Positions 23,946-35,838 of a stretch of DNA of 64,000 nucleotides are shown here, in pieces. Made by a program: the position numbers and the translations under genes. Positions within the stretch are counted from its first letter, which is position 1. Each line of letters opens with the position of its first letter. Source of the stretch: Zygnema circumcarinatum SAG 698-1b (taxonomy: Eukaryota; Plantae; Zygnematophyceae); assembly GCA_037447605.1 (NCBI GenBank), contig CM074818.1, positions 942,617 to 1,006,616 on the forward strand, written 5' to 3'. Below the pieces are notes generated by a model. It was not told the origin of the DNA, made no database searches, and saw nothing but the letters and a program-made list of their open reading frames with translations.

Positions 23946-25140
23946 GGGTTTAGGGAAGGGGGGGGGAAGGGGTAGGTGTAGGGCTCTAGCTTTCTAAGGT
24001 TTACGGTTTTGGGTTTAGAAGGTTTCCTGTGTATATGAATCGATCGCTGTTGATCTCGTCGTAGGGTAGGCGTAAGCGCCTGATGGCGATGGACGGCACA
24101 GGCGCGCATGCATACATGCATGGATGCATGCATGGATGTATGCATGTATGCATGCATGTATGGCCATGCGCGCCATGTGTCCGAGGCACCGGCCATGGCC
24201 ATAACAGACATGCTCAGGCTTAGTTGCGCCGATGCGGTCGATGAACGTCACGCGATAAATATGACGTAAGCTGGGCGCTGTGTTCGAACTCTGTCTCTCT
24301 CTCTCGCTCTCTCCCTCCCTCTCTCGACCATTTCCCTTTTCTTAAGTCGTCTCTCTCCACCTTGTTCCAAAACCTTCAAAAAACAGATGATATTTTAAAG
24401 AAAGAAAATGCAAAAAAGAAAATGCAGAATATAATTTACATATATTTTTTGGTACATACAGTAGGTCAAAATATAGAATGAGTGCCCCACAGGCAGTCTC
24501 CTTCGCACTCTCTCCCTCATCTCCCCACCCCCCCCTCCCCCTCTCTCTTTCTGTCTCTCCCCTCCCTCCCCCTCTACCTTCCCCCCTCTCCTTCTCTCTC
24601 TATCTCTCGCGCCTGTGGATCCAAACTCAATTGACCCAGTTCTTCACATGTACACTTCCTACAGTTAAGTCTTTGAATGATCAAAAGATCAAAAGAGCCG
24701 GATCAACCACTCCTTCGAGTTTTAAAGCGCTTCAACTTCTGCGAAGGGAGAGGATCCTCTCAGGCTCTCTTAGAGCCATTAAGTGGGAGAGAGAGTTCAA
24801 GGGTTCAGAATGTCAAGGACATTTTCAGAGCCTTATTAGGGTTCGCTATCGCCGCTGCAATCCTCTCCCTGCGAAGCAAACACACGTTTTCAACATCTTT
24901 CCAACAAGCTTTACTGCTCTGACAAAAAGAAAAAGAAAATCAACTACTTAGATTCCAATGGTCCATTTAAATAATTTAGTTTTCAAGGATTACACTTATG
25001 ATGACAATTTCCACACCACACGCAATCGCTGCATGAGTCCAAAACTCGATACATGAGACACCGAGGAATTGAAGAGCCCTTATGTGCGGAATGGGCTCTC
25101 AGCCGTCCTCTCTCTCCTTCCTCTCTCTCTTCAATCTCTC

Positions 25141-25322
25141 CTTCCCCTTCTCCCTCTCCTTTCCCCCCTTCTCTCTCCTTCCCCTTCTCCCTCTCCTTTC
25201 CCCCTTCTCTCTCCTTCCCCTTCTCCCTCTCCTTTCCCCCTTCTCTCTCCTTCCCCTTCTCCCTCTCCTTTCCCCCTACTCTCTCCTTCCCCTTCTCCCT
25301 TTCCTTTCCCCCTTCTCTCTCC
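25141..25322. repeat. 36-bp CT-rich minisatellite
   Basis: Appears as a 12-aa periodicity (PPSLSFPFSLSF) in ORF 25053-25727. Confidence 0.85.
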
Positions 25323-25635
25323 TTTGCCGTCCTCCCTCTCCCCTTTGCCCTCCCCCGCTCTCTCCTCCTCCCTCACATTCATTCTCCCAAAAATGGGACT
25401 GGAAACCCACCTCATTGCTGCCGAGAAACACGCCAGCTGGCACCTTCCTATTCGTTGATCCTAGCCGTTGGCTCCACTCGAACACCAAAGTTTCCGCCAA
25501 AAGAACGCGTTCTGTCACTAAAGACTAGAACCAATATCGATTTCTCACTGCTTTCCTTAAGAATTTCTGAACCCAAATCCCTCTCACTCTCTCTCGCTCT
25601 CTCTCTCTCTCCCTCTCTCTCTCTCCCTCCTCCTT

Positions 25636-27862
25636 TTATTCCTCGGACATTATTCGGACGAGCGAAGGAGCCAACAACTCCACCAGTCCCTTGGGGTTAT
25701 CCATGTGCAGCCAATGTCCCGCCTTAGGAAGCAGGTGAAAAGCCACCCTCCCTCTCCCTCTCCCTCCCTCTCTCTCCCTCCTCTCGCTCTCCTCCACAGC
25801 CCTCTCTACGGGCAGCAGCACCCCAGGGTGCCACCTGTCACTCAGCTCCGCTCTGACCAAGTCGATCCTCATCCCCTCCGGAGGCTCGTCCAGCAAGTCC
25901 ATACAACTCCACTCCCTGCCCAAAAAAAAAAAAAAAAGGGATGGGGGTGGGCGGGAGCCGCATGAATGAGACCTCAAATGCATCCTCTGACCCGCCTAAT
26001 ACCCCACAAAAAATAAAAAAATAAAAAAATAATCACCTGTATGAATCGTACATCTGGGCTGCCCCCTCCACATTGAAGAGCCAACTCATTTCTTCGCTGG
26101 CAGAGCCGCCGCCCTCCCTCTTCAAATTCGTCGCCACCCACTCTGAGAGGCCTTGGGAGTACCCCTCCTCCTGCAAACGGGCCACTAGCCATCTGCCACG
26201 TGGCATGGCATGGAACACCCTTAGGGTTAGGGGTACAGGAAACAGTCATGGAAACTGTTGGGAGAGCGAGAGTGGGAGTCTGAAATTTGCCAGGAGAGGG
26301 ATTGAAGTGTTCAGGATTGTTGCGGGGCAGGAGGGGGGGTAGGGAGGAGGGTTGTAAACGAGGGGTTAGAGAGAGAGAGGGAGGGAATTGGAGCACTGGC
26401 TGAGAGGGGAGCTGGGGGGAGAAGAGCGTGTGAGGGGAGGGATGAGTGTACGTCGGCAAGAGTGAAAGGGGAGAGGACGTGGGAGTGACCAAATGAGAGG
26501 AGAGTAAAGGAAAGGACGAAAGAGAGAGAGAGAGCATGGAATGGAAGGGGAGGTCATCGAGGAGCAGGTATGTAAAAAGAAAAACTAGATGGAAAACAGC
26601 AGGAGAAAAGAAACATAGGAAAGGGAGAGGGAGAGGCAGAGGAGGAAGGGTGGACAGAATGAGTTTCACCAAAGTCTCACGACTTTCTTTCTTACCTGCA
26701 GGGGACAGGAAACAAAAGGCAATAGCGAACAGAATGGAGGGCACCTGCGTGATGGAATTCGGGACGGCAGAGAGCGCAGAGTCGCCAAAACCTTTTCCAC
26801 GTCCCCAGACTGCTCCTTCTCCCGCTCCGCCACGGGGCCCGGGACCGAATCCAGAACCCAAACCTGCGGGCCACATTTGGAAGTAGTTTCCCTTGAAAGA
26901 AAGGTTAGAAGGAAATAATATAGATAAAATAACTGGTTTTTTAAATAAATAATAACATTTGAATCCAAAATTATTAACATTTGAAAGTAGTTTCCCGTGA
27001 AAGAAAGATTAGAAGGACCCACACCTTGAATAGTCTGCTAAACCTAACCCTAACTCTTACCAAACCCCGAAGCGTCACCTTCACCTTAACCCTAACCTAG
27101 CCCTAACCCTAACCCTAACCCTAACCCTACCTTCAACCCCTAACTCTACCCAACCCTCTAACCTTAACCCTCCTAAACTTAACCCTCATCTAATATCTGA
27201 ACCCTAAATCCTTGCCACTGCCCTTAACCCTACCCCCCGACCCTAACCCTGACGTCATCATCAACCCCCTCCACCACCACCCCCCCCACCCCCCCCACCT
27301 GCTTCAGCTTCTGCAGCGCTCCCGCGCTGCCACGTGTCCCCGCCATCCGCGCGTACTCGAGGGCGACCTTCCCGCCCAGCGAGTGGCCAATCACGACCTC
27401 CGCCCCGCCCGCCTCCTCCAATAGCGTCGCGACATCTGTCGCCGCGGCAGCCATGGTGTGTGGTCCTCGCAGGTCTGCCAGCTCAGCGCTCCTTCCATGG
27501 TTACGGAGATCGACTAGGAGGATGCGCCACGTGGCGCTGTAAGAGCGCGCCACGTCAGCAGCAGCAGCAGCCTCTAAGAGACTGCGAGCAGGTGAGCGCC
27601 AATTGCGGCCGGCGCCGAGGAGGCCATGGATGATGACAGCTGTAAGTCGCCGACTTCCCTCCCCGCTTTCAGGGGCCGCGAGTTCCTCGAAGGCCAGGCG
27701 AGGCTGCAGGGAGGTCGACACGTGGCGCCGGAAGGGTTCGAGCGTGGAGGAGAGAGAGGAGAGGGAGGAGAGGAGGGCGAGAGAGGGGAGAGAGAGCAGA
27801 GGCGAGGGAGGGAGGGCGAGGCGGGAGAGGGCGCGTCGACATGCTGGAAGCGGGGTAGCCAT
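25636..27862 (-). CDS. ABHD11: ABHD11-like alpha/beta hydrolase, 4 exons, ~372 aa, possible organellar targeting peptide
   Basis: Exons 27862-27299, 26863-26745, 26192-26037, 25915-25636 (1119 nt). Motifs IHGLLGAGRNW, LVDLRNHG, GHSLGG (nucleophile elbow), WVLDSVPG, AGHWLHMDNP (catalytic His). The N-terminus is rich in R/S/L and poor in acidic residues. Confidence 0.88.
27040..27250. repeat. Telomere-like (CCCTAA)n, ABHD11 intron 1
   Basis: Read directly. Confidence 0.85.
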
Positions 27863-28441
27863 GGCGCCCGGCGGAGGGAGGGAGGGAGGGAGGTAGGGAA
27901 CGATGGGCAACAAATGTAGCCCAATTTGTAATTTATTTTCCCCAGCTGCAGCCCCAGTAGGCGATTGGTGGGCCGGTGTCCCTTATACGAAAATTGCCAT
28001 TAGTGAGGAGGATTTCCAATGCTGTCCTCTCCCTTTAACAATGTCCTCCTCCGCTCAGTCTCTTTCTCTCCTTCGCCCTCTCCGTTTCCTCTGTTTCCCT
28101 CTCTCAGCGTTTCTTAGCTTGGTGGCGACATCTTTGCTCTCATTCCCTCCCTCCGTAGCTTAAGAGGTTTCGAACTGCTAGAGGTGAAGAATTTCAGAGG
28201 TGGAAAATGTGCATGATAAATATGAAGTTTGAATGCCAGCAAAGACTTTTAAAGTTCTCCCCTAAAGGCCGAGGCTGTGGGTAGTAGTGAGAGCTTTATA
28301 ATGGAGCTTAAAAAATTTGTGTTGAAATCCTTCTATGCTTCCCTTGTCTTTCAAAGTATATGACATGCTGATTTTTTCCATGTACATTTGATGGCATCAT
28401 CGCCATCGTGAGATCAATGCCTCATTCTTTACATACCACAA

Positions 28442-28529
28442 GTCGGACCATTGGATCAACCGTTCAAATGGTTCCCAACCATTGGCGCCGATTGCAACAA
28501 CCATTCGAAGGTTGATCCAATGGTCCGAC
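28442..28529. other. Long inverted repeat (hairpin) in the ABHD11-CTR1 divergent intergenic region
   Basis: Perfect 20-bp arms at 28442-28461 and 28510-28529, extended by an 11-bp inner stem with one mismatch; 25-nt loop. Confidence 0.9.
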
Positions 28530-29514
28530 CTGTGCAATACCGTACTGTAATTGCGATCATTGGCAATGGTTGCCGACATTTGCAATGGTTGGTTTGGTCG
28601 TGAATCAATGGTTGGTAACCATTCCAATGGTTGATCCAACGGTCCAGCCTGCGAACGCCGGGCCGCGTTGACTTTTGGAAAGAGTCAAGGAGGGCCGTAC
28701 GAACCACATCTTTAGATTCTTCAATCTTGACGAAAGTGCCGAAATCCCGAACTTTACGGGAAAAAAATGATCTTTGAGCACCAATCAACAGCTATCTAGA
28801 GATCGTGCTGACATATACTCGTACGAATTTCATACGAAAACGGCCAATTCCGGGATACCCTATTGGACGAGATTCTGTAACTGTTATGTAAGATTACAGC
28901 CATGGAAATGGACCTATCTCGCTACATAGAACAGCGAGCTTCACACATAACTGAATCCGGAAAACAGCAGTTCTATTTCACGGGACTGCTACATGGAGCG
29001 CTCACAGATCACCCTCGCTGTACGAATCTGCCAAGAGCCGTACAGTATCGTACAAATCATCGAACGTTTTCTGTCCATAGGTACGTTGCCGTACTATACG
29101 TTTCGGTTCCGTACAGCTGCGTCCACCTACTGGCTCGCTCGCCTCTGTCCATGGCTCCCTCCCTCCCTCCCTCCCTCCATCTCCCTCTCCCTCTCCCTCT
29201 CCCTCTCCCCACCCCTCCCCTCCCTCCCCACCCCTCCCCTCCCCACCCCTCCCCTCCCTCCCCACCCCTCCCCTCCCCACCCCTCCCATTCAGCCACTCT
29301 CCCCTCCCTTCCCCCTTTTTCCCTCGCTTCCCTTCTCTTTCCCATCCACTCTTCTCTCCTCCCCCCTCTCTTCTATCTCACCTTTCATTCTTCCCCCATT
29401 CCTCCCTCCCTCCCTCCCTTCCTTCCCCTGTCCCTCCCTCTCTCCCTCCCTCCCTCCCCCCCCCTCTCTCCCCCCCTCCCTCCCTCCCCTGCATCCATCC
29501 CTCCTTCCCTCCAA

Positions 29515-32500
29515 ATGGGTGCCCCCAGCGCATCCTCCCAAGAGAGCCCCTTTCTGGTGCCTGCGAAGAGCCCCCCCTCCTCTCGCCGCCTGCGCGAGCA
29601 CCTCCCCTCCCCTCTCGCCGAGCGGACCGCCTACGACGACTCCGCCTCCCTCTCTCTCTCCCTCCCTCCCTCCGCTCCTCCCGGCCGCCCTCCCTCCCTC
29701 TCCCGCCCCACCAGCGACGCCTCAAACCTCGGCCCCTACTCCCGCGTGAACAGCAGCAGTGACATGGACTCGCCCTGGTCCCCGGTAGAGCCTGAGAGAG
29801 AGAGGGAGAGGGAGAGGTACAGCACTGTCGACTCCTCCGCCCTCCGCGGCATGCTTGCCGCCCGTACCGCCGCTGCTGCTAGCGCTCATTCCTCAACCCC
29901 AAACCCTAATGTGGCCTCCCCCTCGGCCCTGAACCCTTACTCCCCCGCTACGTCCGGAGCGCTCCGGAATCTTGACCGCATGATGTTCTCCGCGGGGTCT
30001 ATGGAGCGAGAGAGCGGGTTGGAAACGGGAGGAGGTTCCATGGCCGTCGGGAGCGGTGATTACAGCCACATGGAACCCGTTCTGCATCCGCCCAACGGTA
30101 GCGGCGGGTCCGTGCAGAGTCCCAGAGGGGGTTTGGGTTCAGCGATCCCTGCTCCCTCCGCTAGTGAGAACAGGTATCCCTCCGTTCGGCTCTCAGCTTT
30201 GCGGCTGAATTCTGGCTTGGAGTCGCCAGATGTGAGCTCTGCATTGTCTCGGAGGAATTCGGGGAGTGTGGCGGAGAGGGAGAGGGAGAGAGAGCGAGAG
30301 AAGGGGACGGACTCGCCCGTTACGGCGGGTTCGTCGAGCGTTACGGAACTGCAGTGGGCAGCGAACGCGTCATGGAACGAGGAGCATGCGGTGCTGGCGG
30401 CGGCGAAAGCCAAGGCGCAGCATCAGGGGGTTCAGAGCTACTTTCAGAAGGCGGAGGAGACATACCAAGTGCAGGTATGAACATGGTTATGAATTATCCC
30501 TCTGTGTAAGGGTTGGCCCCTCCTTCCATTTTCCAGAAGGTTTGGAGGGCAAAGCGAAGAGGGTCTGAGAGGGCTTTTAGGCCTCTTGACATGTTGACCT
30601 GAGGATTAGGGTGAAATTAGGGTTCGTGGTTGAGGCGGAGTTAGGGTTGTGGATTGCGGTAGGGTTCGAACTCTTTTAGGTTTATTAGCTTCAACCAGAG
30701 GACAACTACGTGCATCGAGTGTGTGGGTGTGTGAGAGAGAGAGAGAGGGAGGGAGAGAGAGAGGGGGAGAGAGAGGGGGAGAGATCGTGTTTCCGCACAT
30801 TTATCCGTGTATGCTTTTCTGCACAGGTGGCGGTTGCTCTGCGAGTCATGGCAGATGCTGAGCTGGCGGAGGAGACGGAAATGAGAACCGTTGATGCGAG
30901 CGAATCGGACGGCCAGGATGGGGTGGACGGAAACAGTGCTCCGCTCGCCTGGTCAGGCACAGCCTTCAGTCAGCGCAGCCAGGCGGAAGCTACTGCGTAT
31001 CGATTCTGGGTAAGCACATCTATTGCTTATCTTTAAAGAACATGCAAAAGTGAGAGAAAGAGAGAGAGAGAGAGGGAGAGAGAGAGAGAGAGAGTTAGAG
31101 AAAGAGAGTGAGAGAGAGAGAAAGAGAGAGAGACGAAGAGAGCCAATTCAACCCCGTTTCTATGTCACGACACGTCTGCAGGTGAATGGGAGCCTCAGCA
31201 TAGAAGACCGCATCGAGGATGGATTTTTTGATGTGTGGGGCATATCCCCCTTTGTATGGTCCCTTTGCATTGAAGCCTCCCAGCGAGGGCGAATGCCCAA
31301 TTTGGACACTCTCAAGGGGCTGCATCCCTCGGAGGCTTCCTTTGACGTGACCCTCTTTGACCGGCCCAAAGACCCGCAGCTGCGGGAGCTGGAGGAGCAG
31401 GCGGTAGTGGAGGGCTTTGCAGCGCAGGAAGTGAAAACTCTCGCGAAGCAGCTCGGGATGCTGGTGGCCCGCCATTTCGGGTAAAGAATAAACCCCAACT
31501 ATTAATTCATCATGCCTTAAAAATTGATGAATGCCCTGAAAGGGCACCCCCCTACAAGTGCCCTCCACGATGCATTGAAAAGATGAAGGAAAAGCAGTCA
31601 GATTGCGTGGGCAAGCTATGGCAGTCTGAGAGGGAGGGGCATGCATTTCCCCCCCCCTTTCCTTTCCTTCCCTGTGCGTGCAGCGGCTCGGCGCACTCGG
31701 AGGTGCAGGACTTAGTCCCGCGGTTCCGGCAGCGACTCTTTGAGGTCAAAACGTACGCGCGGACCATCGCGGTGCCCGTGGGCCACCTCGACGTGGGGCT
31801 CTGCAGGCACAGGGCGCTGCTGTTCAAGGTGGGGAGGGAGGGGGGGGAGGGANNNNNNNNNNGGAGGAGAGAGAGAGGGAGAGGGAGGGGAGGAAGGGGG
31901 GGGAAGGGGGGGTGAGAGAGTGCGGGAGGGAGAAACGGGGGGAGGAGGGAGGGGGGGGGAAGGAGAGAGAGAGAGAGGGGGAGGAAGGGGAGCGAGGTGG
32001 AGGTGGAGGGATCGGGAGGGAAGGGGGGAAGGGAGCGAGGGAGGGGAGGAGGGGGGCGGGGAGAGAGGGAGGGGGAGGGAGGGGAGGAAGGGGGGAGAGG
32101 CGGGGGTGAGAGAGTGCGAGAAGGAGCAACGGGGGGAGGAGGGGGGGGGGGGAAGGGAAGCGAGGTGGAGGTGGAGGGATCGGGAGGGAAGAGGGGAAGG
32201 GAGCGAGGGAGGGAGAGAAGGGGGGAAGCGAGTGGGAGAGGGGGAGAAGGTGAGGCGGGGAGAAGGGGAGGGGCGAAGGGTGGGAGAGGACAAAGGGAGG
32301 AAGAGGGAGGGAGAACGTTTAGGGTTCGAGTGCGAGGGTGTCTGAGTGGCCATGGCGGGGCGGGTCACAGCTGCTAATGGACATGCTCGAGCAGAAGTGC
32401 CGCATTGCCCGCGGCTGCAAGCACTGCGGAATGGACGACGGCGCGTCCTGCATTGTGGTGGACGCGGGCCTGTGAGACCCCTCTCTCTTTCTCTCTCCCT

Positions 32501-34640
32501 CTCTCCCTCTCTCCTTCTCTCCCTCTCTCTCTCTCCCTCTCTCCCTCCCTCCCTCTCTCCCTCTCTCTCCCTCTCTCCCTCNNNNNNNNNNTCTCTCCCC
32601 CTCTCCCTCGCCCTCTCTCCCTCTCTCCCTCTCCCTCTCTCCCTCTCTCCCTCTCTCCCCCTCTCCCTCCCTCTCTCCCCCCATACTCTGCTAAAGGGCA
32701 TGGTCTCGCACACTTAGGCTCTGACATACTTAGGTTCCAAACGATACTTGAGGGTGCTTTTGAATGCGTAAAAGGTTTTCTAAATAAAAGTCTTCCTAAC
32801 GTTTCGTACGGCATCAGCACACACATAGGCATGGTCGGAGGATTGAATGAGGGAGGACCTTTCACAGTTTGGATGGCGAGTCGGTACCCGAATAGGAAAA
32901 TGGGGTAGACGTGGGGTAAGCAGGCGTTACCTTCTCCACCATCCACACATTGCCACGTGGGCCAATGGCACGGGTCCACAACATTTTGCGGGCAGATTGA
33001 CAAACCTAGTTTTGGAAGTTTAGAATTCGAGTTCGAAGTTCGATTTTCGACTTGTGGGAGACTGAGGAAACTAAGGAAATGTGTTTAAACTTGAAAGCGG
33101 CTCCTCACATAGAGAGTAGTTAACTGTTTGGAGGCCTTAAGAGGTCCTTTCGATGCTTTACATATCAGACTTGACTTCTTACATACTTCCAGTCGAGAGC
33201 AACTCTTACTTTGACTGTCATCTTTCTACTGACGCACTTCGATGGGAACTAACTTCAGAACTTTGAGAGGTCTCACCTAGAGATGAGAAAATATCATTCA
33301 AGGAAAACCATGCAGAGCCAAAGCAAAGCCAAATCTTCCGTTTTCAAATCATCTGCTTCTCTCCTCTCCCTCATCCCTCTTTTCCCACTTCTCTCCCTCC
33401 CCCTCCCTTTGTTCCTATTTCCCTTTGCAGGGAGTATGTGGTTGACTTAATCACGGACCCTGGGAAACTGGAGGCGACTCTCCCTCCCGTGCAGTATCCG
33501 GTGCATTCTCCCCTGCGCCTCCCCTTGATAAAGTCACTCGCTCTCAAGGACACGGATGGGGAGCCCGATTGGATCCCCAAGTTCCGAAACTTCCGGAGGT
33601 AGCCTTCCTCGTCTAACCCTAAAACCCTAAAACCCTGGAATGCAAAAGCGCCCCCCAAAGCCTCCAAAAGCCCACGCCCTTAAACCCTCCGCCCCCTCCC
33701 ACCCCTCCCCTCCCTCCCTCCCTCCCTCCTCCTCCCCTCCCTCCCTCCCTCCCTCCCTCCCTCCCTCCCCCTCCCTCCCTCCCTCCCTCCCTCCCTCCCT
33801 CCCTCCTCCCTCCCTCCCTCCCTCCCTCCCTCCCCCTCCCTCCCCTCCTTCCCTCCCCTCCCTCCCTCCCTCCCTCTCCCTCCTCCTCCCTCCCCTCCCT
33901 CCCTCCCTCCCTCCTCCCTCCCTCCCTCCCTCCCTCCCTCCCTCCCTCCCTCCCTCCCCCTCCCCCTCCCTCCCTCCTTCCCTCCCTCCCTCCTCCCCCC
34001 CCTCCCCTCCCTCCCTCCCTCCCTCCTCCCTCCTCCCTCCCTCCTCCTCCCCTCCCTCCCCCCTCCCTCCCTCCTCCTTCCCTCCCCTCCCTCCCTCCTC
34101 CCCCCCCTCCCCTCCCTCCCTCCCTCCCTCCCTCCCTCCCTCCCTCCCTCCCTCCCCCTCCCTCCCTCCCTCCCTCTGCAGGGTGGACGGCCCCGAGGAG
34201 GAGGGCGCGGACGGGTCCGGCCCGCGGCGGGCGCAGCGGTCGCCCTCCTTCAACCTGCCGAGCGACGACGAGGGGGCGGGAGAGGGAGGGGGAGGCCCGA
34301 AGCAGAAGTGGAAGGACGCCACCAAGGTAAACCCTAACTCTAGAACTGAACCCTAATCCTAACCCTAACCCTAATTCTGAACCCTAATCCTAACCCTAAC
34401 CCTAACCCTAATTCTGAACCCTAATCCTAACCCTAACCCTAACCCTAATTCTGAACCCTAATCCTAACCCTAACCCTAACCCTGAACCCTGAACCCTAAT
34501 CCTTACCCTAACCCTAACCCTAACCCTAGTGCTGAACCCAAATCCTAACCCTAACACTGAGCCCTGAACCCTAATCCTAGCCCCCCCGTGTCATCAACCT
34601 CAAGCTTGGCAGGGGGTAGTTACCTGTTGTTAGAGTCTCT

Positions 34641-34678
<38 letters not shown>

Positions 34679-35753
34679 CTCTCTGTCTCTCTCTCTCTCT
34701 CGCGCTCTCTCTCTCTCTTTCGCGCGCTCAAATGATGATCGTGTCTCCGCTTTAGGCCGCCCTTCAGCGGGGATCGCCGAACCCAAAAAAAGTTCCCTTG
34801 GACGGATCTGCTCAGAAACCGCCTCCGGGGCCGAAAGTGGAATCGACGGCTCTCGCGTCTCCGGCGAATCCAACGGCTGCGATCGATAAAGAGGCGGATG
34901 TGAAGGGCGCCGACCTGATGCCCATCATCCTCTCGGAGCATGTCATGGATGTCGGCAACATGGAGATTCAGTGGGAGGACATCGAGCTCGGGGAGAGAGT
35001 GGGGGCAGGTGGGCTCCAGGGTTTAGGGTTTAGGGTCTTTTCTCGGTTTAGGGTTTTGGGGTTTTGGGGTTGTGGGGTTGTGGGGTTTGGGGTTTGGGGT
35101 TTTTAGGGTTTCGGACTTTGGGAAAGGGGTTTTTGGGCTCTGTGGGTTTTGGGTTTTTTGGAGTTTTTGGGTTCTGAAGATTGGAGCAACCTGGAGGAGG
35201 CCTTGTTTGCTTGCATTTTTAGAAATTCCGTTCAGTTCCGTTGAGTTTCTGATACGCCGAGGGAGTCACATGTCAGTTTTTGTTCCGTTTCTGACATGGA
35301 CATGTCCAAACTGCGATGGCTGCTTGCAGGTTCTTTTGGAACGGTTTTCCGCGCGGAATGGAACAGCTCGGTGGGTTTCTCCTCCAAACCCTAAATGTTT
35401 TAAAACTGCTTCTAATCCTCAAATGTCCCTGAAAAAAAAACCTAAAATAACGGTTAAATCCTCCAGTATTGAAGTCGCAAGAATGAGAGAATCCTGTTTG
35501 TCGTATTTGAAAACTTAGTTGTAGCAATTATTTTCAGCTGCATCGAGATATATCCGAATGGCACTTGAAATGATTTTTCCTGTATAAGCGAATCAGTGCA
35601 CTGAAATCGACGAGCTTCTTCTCGCTCCTGTAAGGATTAACGATTTTTTTTATCCTTGTAAACATGTGAGAGTTGAGTGCAGGATGTGGCAGTGAAGGTG
35701 CTCATCAATCAGGAACAAAGCGCCGAGCAGTTGTCGGAGTTTAAAAGAGAGGT

Positions 35754-35838
<85 letters not shown>

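Noticed and set aside
24998-25110. ATGATGA resembling a C/D snoRNA C box
   Set aside because: No suitably placed CTGA D box or terminal stem found.
28993-29514. In-frame N-terminal extension of CTR1 (ORF from 28993)
   Set aside because: Mostly a polypyrimidine tract that is stop-free by composition; more likely 5' UTR. It cannot be excluded without TSS data.
31909-32215. Diverged ~190-bp tandem duplicate in CTR1 intron 4
   Set aside because: A purine-rich intronic slippage product near an N gap, with no coding or structural signal.
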